A DNA stretch of 64,000 bases from a phage: sequence record PZ295659.1; one strand, written 5' to 3'. Shown one piece after another: positions 25,859 to 35,343 of this stretch (positions are counted from its first letter, which is position 1; each line of letters begins with the position of its first letter). Under the pieces are notes generated by a model. It saw nothing but the letters and a program-made list of their open reading frames with translations, was not told where the DNA came from and searched no databases. Position numbers and translations under genes: made by a program.

Positions 25859-26671
25859 ATGATCAAAGAACAACTTTTGAAAGAAGCTCAGAACATCGAG
25901 ACTTCAGTTGCTCTTAATAGTGTTTTCGAATCAGTAGAACTGTCTCCGGACGTTAAAGCTAATTTCAGCACTGTATTCGAAGCCACCGTTAAGCAGGAAG
26001 CAGTCAAACTGGCTGAATCTCATATCAAAGCCATCGCCGAAAAGGCCGAAGAAGAAGTTGAAAAGGCTAAAGAAGATGCTGAAGAGAAAGCTGATAAAAA
26101 ATTGGCTGAACAAGCTTCTAAATTCCTAGACCATCTTGCAAAAGAATGGCTCGCAGAAAACCAAATCGCAGTTGATAAAGGCATTAAAGCTGATTTGTTC
26201 GAATCCATGCTTGGTGGTCTGAAAGAACTGTTTGTTGAACATAACGTTGTTGTTCCAGAAGAATCTGTAGATGTTGTAGCAGAAATGGAAGAAGAGCTGG
26301 CCGAACATAAAGAAGAAACCGCTCGTTTGTTCGAAGAAGTTACCAAACGTGATGCATATATCAATTACGTTCAGCGTGAAACCGCTATTAATGAAAGCGT
26401 AAAAGACCTGACTGAATCTCAGAAAGAAAAAGTTATTGGCCTGGTTGAAGGTATGGATTATTCTGACGCATTTGGTACTAAGTTAACTGCTATTGTAGAA
26501 ATGGTTAAAGGTTCTACTAAAGAAGAAGCCGCTATTACCGAAAATATAAATACAGTTGACAATGACGCTGCCGGTCTTAATTTTGTTGCCGAAGCAGTTG
26601 ACACTACCACAACTCAGGTAGAACAGAATTCTAATGTAAGTTTATATGCGAAAGTCGCATCTCGTTTCTAA
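25859..26671 (+). CDS. 22: prohead core scaffold protein gp22
   Basis: 270 aa, highly charged E/K-rich helical protein. Confidence 0.92.
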   Translation: MIKEQLLKEAQNIETSVALNSVFESVELSPDVKANFSTVFEATVKQEAVKLAESHIKAIAEKAEEEVEKAKEDAEEKADKKLAEQASKFLDHLAKEWLAENQIAVDKGIKADLFESMLGGLKELFVEHNVVVPEESVDVVAEMEEELAEHKEETARLFEEVTKRDAYINYVQRETAINESVKDLTESQKEKVIGLVEGMDYSDAFGTKLTAIVEMVKGSTKEEAAITENINTVDNDAAGLNFVAEAVDTTTTQVEQNSNVSLYAKVASRF

Positions 26672-26688
26672 TTTAAAGGTTAACACAA

Positions 26689-28257
26689 ATGACTACTATC
26701 AAAACTAAAGCTCAGCTCGTAGACAAATGGAAAGAACTGCTGGAAGGTGAAGGCCTGCCGGAAATCGCTAATAGCAAGCAGGCTATTATCGCTAAAATCT
26801 TCGAAAACCAGGAAAAAGATTTCGAAGTATCCCCTGAATATAAAGACGAGAAAATCGCTCAGGCATTTGGTTCTTTCTTGACCGAAGCTGAAATTGGTGG
26901 TGACCACGGTTATAATGCTCAGAACATCGCAGCAGGTCAAACCTCTGGTGCAGTAACCCAGATTGGGCCGGCAGTTATGGGTATGGTTCGTCGTGCTATT
27001 CCTAATCTGATCGCTTTCGATATTTGTGGTGTTCAGCCTATGAACAGCCCTACCGGTCAGGTATTTGCTCTCCGTGCAGTATATGGTAAAGACCCTATCG
27101 CTGCTGACGCTAAAGAAGCTTTCCATCCGATGTATGCTCCAGACGCGATGTTCTCTGGTCAGGGTGCTGCTAAGAAATTCCCAGCTCTGGCTGCTAGCAC
27201 ACAAACCGTTGTAGGTGATATCTATACTCACTTCTTCCAGGAAACTGGTACTGTGTATCTACAAGCTTCCGCTGTAGTAACAATTGATGCTGGCGCTACC
27301 GATGCAACTAAACTGGATGCTGAAATTAAGAAACAAATGGAAGCTGGTGTACTGGTAGAAATCGCTGAAGGTATGGCTACTTCTATCGCTGAACTTCAGG
27401 AAGGTTTCAACGGTTCTACCGATAACCCATGGAATGAAATGGGCTTCCGTATCGATAAACAAGTTATTGAAGCTAAATCTCGTCAGTTGAAAGCAGCTTA
27501 CTCCATCGAATTGGCACAAGACCTCCGTGCAGTACACGGTATGGATGCTGATGCTGAACTGAGCGGTATTCTTGCTACTGAAATTATGCTGGAAATCAAC
27601 CGTGAAGTTGTTGACTGGATTAACTACTCCGCTCAGGTTGGTAAATCTGGTATGACTAATATCGTTGGTTCTAAAGCTGGTGTATTTGACTTCCAGGACC
27701 CGATTGATATCCGTGGTGCTCGTTGGGCCGGTGAAAGCTTTAAAGCTCTGTTGTTCCAGATTGATAAAGAAGCAGTTGAAATTGCTCGTCAAACCGGTCG
27801 TGGTGAAGGTAACTTCATTATCGCTTCCCGTAACGTAGTTAACGTACTGGCTTCAGTTGATACTGGTATTTCTTACGCTGCACAGGGTCTGGCTTCTGGT
27901 TTTAATACCGACACTACTAAGTCTGTATTTGCCGGTGTACTTGGTGGTAAATACCGCGTATACATCGACCAGTATGCTAAACAGGATTACTTCACCGTTG
28001 GTTACAAAGGCGCTAACGAAATGGATGCAGGTATTTACTATGCTCCTTACGTTGCACTCACCCCACTGCGTGGTTCCGATCCTAAGAACTTCCAGCCGGT
28101 AATGGGCTTTAAAACTCGTTACGGTATCGGTGTTAACCCGTTTGCTGAAAGTTCCCTGCAGGCTCCAGGCGCTCGCATCCAGTCCGGTATGCCGTCTATC
28201 CTGAACAGCCTTGGTAAGAACGCTTACTTCCGCCGTGTATATGTAAAAGGCATCTAA
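26689..28257 (+). CDS. 23: major capsid protein gp23
   Basis: 522 aa; about 95 percent identical to T4 gp23 as I recall it. Confidence 0.98.
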   Translation: MTTIKTKAQLVDKWKELLEGEGLPEIANSKQAIIAKIFENQEKDFEVSPEYKDEKIAQAFGSFLTEAEIGGDHGYNAQNIAAGQTSGAVTQIGPAVMGMVRRAIPNLIAFDICGVQPMNSPTGQVFALRAVYGKDPIAADAKEAFHPMYAPDAMFSGQGAAKKFPALAASTQTVVGDIYTHFFQETGTVYLQASAVVTIDAGATDATKLDAEIKKQMEAGVLVEIAEGMATSIAELQEGFNGSTDNPWNEMGFRIDKQVIEAKSRQLKAAYSIELAQDLRAVHGMDADAELSGILATEIMLEINREVVDWINYSAQVGKSGMTNIVGSKAGVFDFQDPIDIRGARWAGESFKALLFQIDKEAVEIARQTGRGEGNFIIASRNVVNVLASVDTGISYAAQGLASGFNTDTTKSVFAGVLGGKYRVYIDQYAKQDYFTVGYKGANEMDAGIYYAPYVALTPLRGSDPKNFQPVMGFKTRYGIGVNPFAESSLQAPGARIQSGMPSILNSLGKNAYFRRVYVKGI

Positions 28258-28280
28258 TCTTAATTGATTAAATCTTATTT

Positions 28281-28300
28281 TGGGAGACTTCGGTCTCCCA
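28281..28300. terminator. bidirectional terminator UGGGAGAC-UUCG-GUCUCCCA between gene 23 and the convergent 89-aa ORF
   Basis: identical hairpin to 8943 and 50780; T-tract downstream. Confidence 0.7.
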
Positions 28301-28308
28301 TTTTGGTT

Positions 28309-28578
28309 TTATTTCTGTGCAATTTCGATGTAAGTTTTCAAAATATTTTGCCAATTAGGCATACCTTCTTGGACATATGCTAGAGAACCGTCTTTGTTTT
28401 TGAATGATGCAAGTTTATCAGTGGCCCAATAACCTTTAGCTCGAGCTTCAGAATCAACTTTCATCCATACTTTGTTGAAGGCATTACCATTAACTTTTGC
28501 ACCATATTTTTCTACCAACTTAACTGCTTCAGCTTCCAGAACTTTTAAAGTATCTCGTAAGAAACGTGCTTTAGTCAT
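28309..28578 (-). CDS. hypothetical protein, 89 aa, encoded antisense to the late head operon between genes 23 and 24
   Basis: ATG with GAGGAG RBS, own early-type promoter, ends at the bidirectional terminator after gene 23. Confidence 0.6.
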   Translation of the reverse strand: MTKARFLRDTLKVLEAEAVKLVEKYGAKVNGNAFNKVWMKVDSEARAKGYWATDKLASFKNKDGSLAYVQEGMPNWQNILKTYIEIAQK

Positions 28579-28608
28579 TTTGTTTACTCCTCTGTAGTTG
28601 ATAAGTCT

Positions 28609-28638
28609 ATAGTATCACATACTAAATACGTTGTAAAC
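28609..28638 (-). promoter_or_regulatory. early-type promoter (TTTACA-N17-TACTAT) for the antisense 89-aa ORF
   Basis: GTTTAC -35 and TAnnAT -10. Confidence 0.5.
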
Positions 28639-28644
28639 AATCTT

Positions 28645-28652
28645 TATAAATA
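28645..28652 (+). promoter_or_regulatory. late promoter TATAAATA (gene 24)
   Basis: motif. Confidence 0.7.
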
Positions 28653-28679
28653 ATCTATATCACATAAGGAAAAAATGCA

Positions 28680-29963
28680 ATGAGTAAAATCCAAAAATTA
28701 TTGCGTGAATCTACAACGTCTACTAGCAACTCAATTGGTCGCCCAAATCTCGTTGCTTTGACTCGCGCTACGACTAAATTAATATATTCTGACATTGTAG
28801 CAACACAAAGAACTAATCAACCTGTTGCTGCTTTTTATGGTATCAAATATCTTAATCCAGATAACGAATTCACATTTAAAACTGGTGCTACTTATGCAGG
28901 CGAAGTTGGATATGTAGACCGAGAAAAAATTACTGAGCTCACAGAAGAATCAAAAGTCACACTAAATAAAGGCGATTTTTTCAAATATAATAATATCGTC
29001 TATAAAGTGTTAGAAGATACACCATTTGCAGATATTCAAGAAAGTGATCTAGAATTAGCTCTTCAGATTGCGGTCGTTCATTTAAAGGTACGGTTATTTT
29101 CAGATGCAGCGGTAACAAGCAAATTTGAAAGCTCTGGTAGCGAAATTTCTGATGCAAGATTCCAGATTAATAAATGGCAAACTTCGGTCAAATCTCGTAA
29201 ACTTAAAACTGGTCTTACAGTTGAATTAGCGCAAGATTTGGAAGCGAATGGATTTGATGCCCCTAACTTCTTAGAAGATTTGCTTGCTACTGAAATGGCT
29301 GATGAAATTAATAAAGATATTCTTCAGTCTTTAATTACTGTATCGAAACGTTATAAAGTTACTGGAATTACTGACACCGGATTTATTGACTTGAGCTATG
29401 CATCCGCTCCAGAAGCAGGTCGTTCATTATATCGAATGGTGTGTGAAATGGTATCACACATTCAAAAAGAGACAACTTATACTGCAACGTTTTGTGTAGC
29501 CTCAGCTCGTGCAGCTGCTATTCTTGCTGCTTCCGGTTGGTTGAAACATAAGCCAGAAGATGACAAGTATCTTTCACAAAATGCTTATGGATTCTTGGCA
29601 AATGGATTACCTCTTTACTGCGATACCAACAGTCCGTTAGATTATGTTATTGTGGGTGTTGTAGAAAATATCGGCGAAAAAGAAATTGTAGGGTCCATCT
29701 TTTATGCTCCATACACTGAAGGAGTAGATTTAGATGACCCGGAACATGTCGGTGCATTTAAAGTTGTAGTTGATCCAGAAAGCTTGCAACCGTCTATCGG
29801 ATTATTGGTTAGATACGCTTTATCAGCAAATCCTTACACAGTAGCAAAAGATGAAAAAGAAGCGAGAATAATTGATGGCGGGGATATGGATAAAATGGCA
29901 GGACGTTCAGACTTGTCTGTTTTACTCGGTGTTAAATTGCCAAAAATTATCGTTGATGAATAA
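28680..29963 (+). CDS. 24: capsid vertex protein gp24
   Basis: 427 aa; late promoter TATAAATA at 28645. Confidence 0.95.
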   Translation: MSKIQKLLRESTTSTSNSIGRPNLVALTRATTKLIYSDIVATQRTNQPVAAFYGIKYLNPDNEFTFKTGATYAGEVGYVDREKITELTEESKVTLNKGDFFKYNNIVYKVLEDTPFADIQESDLELALQIAVVHLKVRLFSDAAVTSKFESSGSEISDARFQINKWQTSVKSRKLKTGLTVELAQDLEANGFDAPNFLEDLLATEMADEINKDILQSLITVSKRYKVTGITDTGFIDLSYASAPEAGRSLYRMVCEMVSHIQKETTYTATFCVASARAAAILAASGWLKHKPEDDKYLSQNAYGFLANGLPLYCDTNSPLDYVIVGVVENIGEKEIVGSIFYAPYTEGVDLDDPEHVGAFKVVVDPESLQPSIGLLVRYALSANPYTVAKDEKEARIIDGGDMDKMAGRSDLSVLLGVKLPKIIVDE

Positions 29964-29966
29964 AAC

Positions 29967-29988
29967 AAAGGGACCGTAAGGTCCCTTT
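29967..29988. terminator. bidirectional terminator between gene 24 and convergent rnlB
   Basis: AAAGGGACC-GUAA-GGUCCCUUU with flanking A/T tracts. Confidence 0.7.
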
Positions 29989-29993
29989 TTTCG

Positions 29994-30992
29994 TTATGAT
30001 ACTAATTCAATCCATGCAGGGCGCAGAACATCTTGCACCATTCGGACTAATTCTTTCTTAACAAGATTCGGATTATCAGATGATGTTAATACAATACCTT
30101 CACGAGAAGTTTCTTCCAGAATATCTTGAACAGTCAATCCCATCACTTTACCAAAATCTTTTGGCGTTACAGTCCCAATCTTAGAAATCACATTATTAAC
30201 ACGATTTAATGTAACATAACAAGCTAGAACATCAAGCAAGTTTTTGTCAATTTCGGTTAATGGAACCTGAGTTTTAATAGGCTTATCAGACTTTTTCTTT
30301 TCACTGAATTTAGAGTTCTTGCACTTAATAGCTACACGAGTACCGTTTGGCAGCCATTTAGGGAAACAAGGCTTCAGAACATAACCTTCTGCCGTATTAT
30401 CGCCAATAACATTAGCATCAAATACACAATTATTTGCTTCTACAAGGTCTTCTGACGCAGTAGCATTATAAGCGGCTAAGATTGAATCAAGGTCATTTGG
30501 AATCATGATAAGAGAATCAAATGTTCCACGTCCAAGCATTGGTGCCATTTTAAAACCGAATTCATTACAGAAATCTTGCATTTCGTAATCAGTCAAATAC
30601 GTATTATCACCACTTTCTGTATTGATAAGGATATCGAACACATAAAAATCTTTTTCACCGTAGTCAACACCTTTCTGGATTCCACCACCAGCGAATTCAC
30701 CGAATACTTGATATGATACTGCTCGATCTGCGTGCATTAATTCCTGAACGGCTTTAATAGCTTTATCATACTTCTTGAGTACGATTTCATAGCCGTAAAA
30801 ATCTTCTGCTGGAAGAATAGGGCCTGTGCGCTTAGCGCATGTGACGTTGTCACGTTCAATTATTAACGAGAAGTTGGTCCCATGGATTTTCTCACGTGCT
30901 ACCCAAACACCAGTAGTCAAACCATTAGTGTAGAGTTTTTCAATAAACTTAGAGTTGTAGTGGTTTTCAAGACTGCTGTATTTCTTAAACAT
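29994..30992 (-). CDS. rnlB: RNA ligase 2 (Rnl2)
   Basis: 332 aa; nucleotidyltransferase motif I KIHGTN; matches T4 Rnl2 length and N-terminus. Confidence 0.9.
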   Translation of the reverse strand: MFKKYSSLENHYNSKFIEKLYTNGLTTGVWVAREKIHGTNFSLIIERDNVTCAKRTGPILPAEDFYGYEIVLKKYDKAIKAVQELMHADRAVSYQVFGEFAGGGIQKGVDYGEKDFYVFDILINTESGDNTYLTDYEMQDFCNEFGFKMAPMLGRGTFDSLIMIPNDLDSILAAYNATASEDLVEANNCVFDANVIGDNTAEGYVLKPCFPKWLPNGTRVAIKCKNSKFSEKKKSDKPIKTQVPLTEIDKNLLDVLACYVTLNRVNNVISKIGTVTPKDFGKVMGLTVQDILEETSREGIVLTSSDNPNLVKKELVRMVQDVLRPAWIELVS

Positions 30993-31111
30993 AAATCACC
31001 ATTATAAATAATAATATCAAAATAATTAGCAGAGACTCTGTCTCCGACCCAATGTTTAATTTGAATGGATAGAACCTAGATTCATTATACCATCAAAAAA
31101 TGTAAAGCATA

Positions 31112-31363
31112 CTAGAACTTGATTTCTATCCAGTGCCCATCACGCTGGTCGTGATTAATTTTGTACTGAAAGCCGTTATCACGGAACCACTGACCGATTT
31201 GCTCGGTGATAGTTAAATCATTCTTTGACGGATAGTATGTAAATTGTGTCTGGCCTTTGTCAGCGGCTTTCTCTGCCATCACAGAGAAGTTAGTAATAAA
31301 ATCTTTCAACAAATTGGCTTTAGTGGCCAGCGCCCTTTCTCTTAATTCCTGTGCAAAACTCAT
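31112..31363 (-). CDS. hypothetical protein (83 aa)
   Basis: ORF coupled (ATGA) to upstream ORF; position of T4 24.2/24.3. Confidence 0.55.
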   Translation of the reverse strand: MSFAQELRERALATKANLLKDFITNFSVMAEKAADKGQTQFTYYPSKNDLTITEQIGQWFRDNGFQYKINHDQRDGHWIEIKF

Positions 31364-31560
31364 TTCTTCACCTTTTTGTTAATAAAACGTTTACGGTATA
31401 CAACTTTTTCTTTTGCTTTAAACTTTGACCGAGCTGTCTCAGCTTTAGTCCATAATAATCCAACTTCTTTAGGTTGTAAACCGATTTTTTGAGCAATTTC
31501 TACGAATGAAAATCCCGCCTCATGTAATGTATAAACTTCAACTTCAGCTCTCATAATCAA
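31360..31560 (-). CDS. hypothetical small helix-turn-helix protein (66 aa)
   Basis: HTH-like segment FSFVEIAQKIGLQPKEV; basic C-terminus. Confidence 0.5.
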   Translation of the reverse strand: MIMRAEVEVYTLHEAGFSFVEIAQKIGLQPKEVGLLWTKAETARSKFKAKEKVVYRKRFINKKVKK

Positions 31561-31630
31561 TCCCGTATTATTTGGTTTGTGCCATTATACATCAATCTCA
31601 AGACGTGTTTGTATGCTTTAAAAACGAAGA

Positions 31631-31646
31631 AAGGGGCCGAAGCCCC
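31631..31646 (-). terminator. UUCG hairpin after hoc
   Basis: AGGGGC-UUCG-GCCCCU on minus transcript. Confidence 0.6.
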
Positions 31647-31652
31647 TTACGA

Positions 31653-32783
31653 TTATGGATAGGTATAGATGATACCAGTTTCTAAAGCAGTTTTATGAAT
31701 GATGTATCCATTACGTGATTCTTGAACATCAACTTCTGGATAGTCTTTCATCATCTTCTGAAGGGTGTAACGATGCAAGTAGTACTTACTATCTGGGTCG
31801 TCAGTTTTCCAGTCTTTACCTTCTTCAGCCATTTTTTGGATTTCATCCATAACCCACCAACCGCACCAGATATAAGCTGAAGTACGATGTGGAAGAGGAT
31901 GAACATAAGGTAATTCACCTTCTGGTTCCGGAGCAACTTTATCAGTTACCTGAACTTGACCTGTTGTTTTAACTGTTTTGCTATCATAGTCAGTTGCTGT
32001 AACGACAGCAGTAACTTCAATAGTTTGACTTCCAACAGATGAGGTATCAATAGTATATACGTTAGTTGACCCTTCTACAGGAGAAGAATCTTTCTTCCAC
32101 GAGTAAGTAATTTGTGCTGCGTCAGGTGCGCCAGTAACATTAGCAGTAAATGTAGCCGAAGCATCTTGCTGAACGTTAATAGAAGGAGGAGTCAATGCAA
32201 TCTGTGGATTCATTGTCTTCTTATTAACCGTCAATGATACTTCATTAGAAGTAACGCTCAGTGCATCATAATCTGTCGCTGTTACTTGAGCTACACACTT
32301 GATTTTTTTAACTCCACTTGTAGTAGGAGTGTAATTGAATGTAGCACTAGTTGCTTCGCTCACAGGAGAACCATCTACATGCCATTGATACGTAGCAGAC
32401 GCCCCGGCCGGTTGAGAAGCTAAGGCAGCAGTAAATTGAACTGGGGTTCCAATTACTCCAGCTGAAGGACTATCAGGAGTTACAGCTAAGGTAGTCGTCT
32501 GTGTCTTGTTTTGAACTGTGATAGTTGTAGTAGCTTCTGCTGTTTCAGCATCAGAATCAGGAATAGTATTTGTTGCAACTACCTTAATAGTCTTTTGACC
32601 GGCAGGTCCTTTTAATACATAATCAAAAGTTGCTTCAGCTCCATCTTGTGGAACATTATCTACAGTCCAAGCATATGTAATAGGTCCATCTCCAGTTTGA
32701 CCACTGGGTGTAGCAGTAAACTGCTTGGTTTCATCAATAACTCCTGTTGGTGTTTTAGGAGTTATATCAACTGTAAAAGCCAT
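31653..32783 (-). CDS. hoc: highly immunogenic outer capsid protein Hoc (Ig-like domains)
   Basis: 376 aa (same as T4 Hoc); repeated Ig-like T/V-rich modules; conserved C-terminal capsid-binding region. Confidence 0.9.
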   Translation of the reverse strand: MAFTVDITPKTPTGVIDETKQFTATPSGQTGDGPITYAWTVDNVPQDGAEATFDYVLKGPAGQKTIKVVATNTIPDSDAETAEATTTITVQNKTQTTTLAVTPDSPSAGVIGTPVQFTAALASQPAGASATYQWHVDGSPVSEATSATFNYTPTTSGVKKIKCVAQVTATDYDALSVTSNEVSLTVNKKTMNPQIALTPPSINVQQDASATFTANVTGAPDAAQITYSWKKDSSPVEGSTNVYTIDTSSVGSQTIEVTAVVTATDYDSKTVKTTGQVQVTDKVAPEPEGELPYVHPLPHRTSAYIWCGWWVMDEIQKMAEEGKDWKTDDPDSKYYLHRYTLQKMMKDYPEVDVQESRNGYIIHKTALETGIIYTYP

Positions 32784-32792
32784 AAGTTATCC

Positions 32793-33461
32793 TTATTTTA
32801 ATGTTACGAAAGAAGAATTACGAGATTCACGAATTAGAACTGATCCATCGCGATTAATATAATAAATTAAGCTAAATAATGTTTGGTGAGCAGAAGCATG
32901 CACAAAACTAGTTGGGCGAGATTTCCAATCTGGGGTTTCGGCTATCCATTGATAAATCCACCAAGGAACAGTAACATATCCTGGGCTTTTGCCTAATTTA
33001 ATGAGTGTAGGACTAAAATTTTCAGGCAGAACAAATTTTACTTCTTTATTTACCTCTGCCTCAGGCTCTTTTTCGGATTCAACAACCTGAGTAATTGCTT
33101 CTTCGAATTTATCATGGTCGAATTCTTTTTCTTGTTCAACAACTTCTAATACTTCAACTTGTTCTGTTGGAGAATCAAACAACAGAATAGCCTCTTCTTT
33201 AACTTCTTCGTTGGTGAAATTAACACCGTCTACATCATCTGCGGCAGTAATTAAATCGGTGATAGATAATCCATCAGTTTCAGGTAATGGTTCATCAGCC
33301 AGTGCGTTAAGAGCTTCTTCGATATCAATAACAATATTATCGAATGATTTTGTTTTCTTAACACTAATGCCAAATTGTTCTGCATATTCAAACAGTTTAG
33401 CTTTGGCTTCCTTTTTATCAGAAAGAGCACGTAACTCTTCAATATAGTCTTTATCGATCAT
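32793..33461 (-). CDS. inh: Inh, inhibitor of prohead protease
   Basis: 222 aa acidic protein between hoc and uvsW. Confidence 0.8.
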   Translation of the reverse strand: MIDKDYIEELRALSDKKEAKAKLFEYAEQFGISVKKTKSFDNIVIDIEEALNALADEPLPETDGLSITDLITAADDVDGVNFTNEEVKEEAILLFDSPTEQVEVLEVVEQEKEFDHDKFEEAITQVVESEKEPEAEVNKEVKFVLPENFSPTLIKLGKSPGYVTVPWWIYQWIAETPDWKSRPTSFVHASAHQTLFSLIYYINRDGSVLIRESRNSSFVTLK

Positions 33462-33474
33462 GGTATTTCCTCAT

Positions 33475-33491
33475 TATAAATATAACTATAT
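33475..33491 (+). promoter_or_regulatory. extended late promoter TATAAATATAACTATAT (uvsW)
   Basis: motif. Confidence 0.65.
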
Positions 33492-33511
33492 TTATTACAT
33501 GGTAATTTGAC

Positions 33512-35026
33512 ATGACTGACATTAAAGTACATTTTTATGATTTTAGTCACGTGCGCATTGAATGCGACGAAAGTACGTTTTACGAACTTCGTGACTTTTT
33601 TAGCTTTGAAGCTGACGGGTATAAATTTAACCCAAAATATCGCTATGGGCAATGGGATGGTAGAATTCGACTTTTAGATTATAACCGTTTGTTACCATAT
33701 GGACTTGTAGGACAAATAAAAAAGTTCTGTAACAATATGAGTTATTCTGTATGGATTGACCCTAAAATCTTTGAGACAGAAGACCTTACCAGGGAAGATT
33801 TTGACGCATGGCTTTCTAAACAAGAAATTTATTCGGGCAACGCCAAAATCGAACCACATTGGTATCAAAAAGATGCAGTATACGAAGGACTAGTTAATCG
33901 TCGTCGAATTTTAAACCTTCCGACATCAGCAGGTAAATCACTAATCCAAGCACTTTTAGCTCGATATTATCTAGAGAACTATGAAGGTAAAATTCTCATT
34001 ATCGTCCCTACAACAGCATTGACAACCCAGATGGCTAATGATTTTGTTGATTATCGCTTGTTTAGTCATTCGATGATTAAGAAAATTGGCGGTGGTGCTG
34101 ATAAAGCAGACAGAGCTAAAAACGACGCTCCAATTATTGTTGGCACATGGCAAACAGTAGTTAAGCAGCCTAAAGAATGGTTCTCTCAGTTCGGTATGAT
34201 GATGAATGATGAATGCCACTTAGCAACAGGCAAAAGTATTTCTTCAATCATCTCAGGATTAAATAATTGCATGTTTAAATTCGGTTTATCTGGCTCATTA
34301 AGAGACGGAAAAGCCAATGTAATGCAGTACGTAGGTATGTTCGGCGAAATCTTCCGTCCTGTTAGCACGTCTAAATTAATGGAAGACGGACAGGTAACTG
34401 AGCTTAAGATTAATAGTATTTTCCTTCGTTATCCAGACGAATTCACTGTTAAATTAAAAGGTAAAACATACCAAGAAGAAGTTAAAATTATTACCGGACT
34501 AAAACGACGTACAAAGTGGATTGCTCAACTTTCAGTCAAATTGGCTAAGAAAGACGAGAACGCCTTTGTAATGTTTAAACATGTTACACACGGTAAAGAA
34601 ATATTTGAAGCTATTAAAGAGCTTGGATACGAAAAAGTTTATTACGTATCAGGTGAAGTTGATACTGAAACACGTAACGCGCTTAAAGTCATGGCAGAAA
34701 ATGGTAAAGGCATCATTATTGTCGCATCATATGGAGTATTCTCTACTGGTATTTCAGTCAAGAATCTTCATCATGTTATTTTCGCCCATGGTGTTAAATC
34801 AAAAATTATCGTACTTCAAACCGTAGGTCGCGTGCTTCGTAAGCATGGTTCTAAAACTGTTGCTACAGTTTGGGATCTCATCGATGACGCAGGTGTAAAA
34901 CCTAAATCATTAAATACTAAAAAGAAGTATACTCATCTTAATTACTTGTTAAAACACGGTATTGATCGTATCCAACGTTACGCTGATGAGAAATTTAACT
35001 ATGTAATGAAAACAATTAATTTATAA
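33512..35026 (+). CDS. uvsW: UvsW SF2 DNA helicase
   Basis: 504 aa; Walker A PTSAGKS, DECH box, helicase C motifs. Confidence 0.95.
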   Translation: MTDIKVHFYDFSHVRIECDESTFYELRDFFSFEADGYKFNPKYRYGQWDGRIRLLDYNRLLPYGLVGQIKKFCNNMSYSVWIDPKIFETEDLTREDFDAWLSKQEIYSGNAKIEPHWYQKDAVYEGLVNRRRILNLPTSAGKSLIQALLARYYLENYEGKILIIVPTTALTTQMANDFVDYRLFSHSMIKKIGGGADKADRAKNDAPIIVGTWQTVVKQPKEWFSQFGMMMNDECHLATGKSISSIISGLNNCMFKFGLSGSLRDGKANVMQYVGMFGEIFRPVSTSKLMEDGQVTELKINSIFLRYPDEFTVKLKGKTYQEEVKIITGLKRRTKWIAQLSVKLAKKDENAFVMFKHVTHGKEIFEAIKELGYEKVYYVSGEVDTETRNALKVMAENGKGIIIVASYGVFSTGISVKNLHHVIFAHGVKSKIIVLQTVGRVLRKHGSKTVATVWDLIDDAGVKPKSLNTKKKYTHLNYLLKHGIDRIQRYADEKFNYVMKTINL

Positions 35027-35040
35027 GGGCTTCGGCCCTT
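35025..35040 (+). terminator. UUCG hairpin after uvsW
   Basis: AAGGGC-UUCG-GCCCUU. Confidence 0.55.
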
Positions 35041-35050
35041 AGGAGATAAA

Positions 35051-35284
35051 ATGGTACTTGAATTTAAACAATTTTTATACGAAGCATCTATTGACGAATT
35101 CATGGGTAAAATTGCTAGTTGTCATACCTTAGAAGGGCTTGAAGAATTGGAAGCTTATTATAAGAAACGTATAAAAGAAACGGAATTAAAAGATACAGAT
35201 GATATTTCTGTCAGGGATGCCTTAGCAGGTAAGCGTGCCGAACTTGAAGGCGACGATGATGAGGATGAGGAAGAAGACTTCTAA
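35051..35284 (+). CDS. uvsW.1: UvsW.1 helicase accessory protein (acidic C-terminal tail)
   Basis: 77 aa following uvsW. Confidence 0.8.
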   Translation: MVLEFKQFLYEASIDEFMGKIASCHTLEGLEELEAYYKKRIKETELKDTDDISVRDALAGKRAELEGDDDEDEEEDF

Positions 35285-35343
35285 TTAAAAAAAGGCCCGA
35301 CCTTTTTGGAAGGGCCAAAAACCATAGGCAAAAAAAGGTAACA

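Noticed and set aside
26020-26364. 114-aa Ser/Ala-rich minus-strand ORF inside gene 22
   Set aside because: Low-complexity shadow ORF antisense to the Glu/Lys-rich scaffold gene; no RBS or promoter.
27259-27792. 177-aa minus-strand ORF inside gene 23
   Set aside because: Antisense to the highly conserved major capsid gene; no initiation signals; shadow ORF.
31009-31016. Plus-strand TATAAATA in the rnlB upstream gap
   Set aside because: No plus-strand gene downstream (next plus gene is over 2 kb away, past minus-strand genes); likely a chance AT-rich match.
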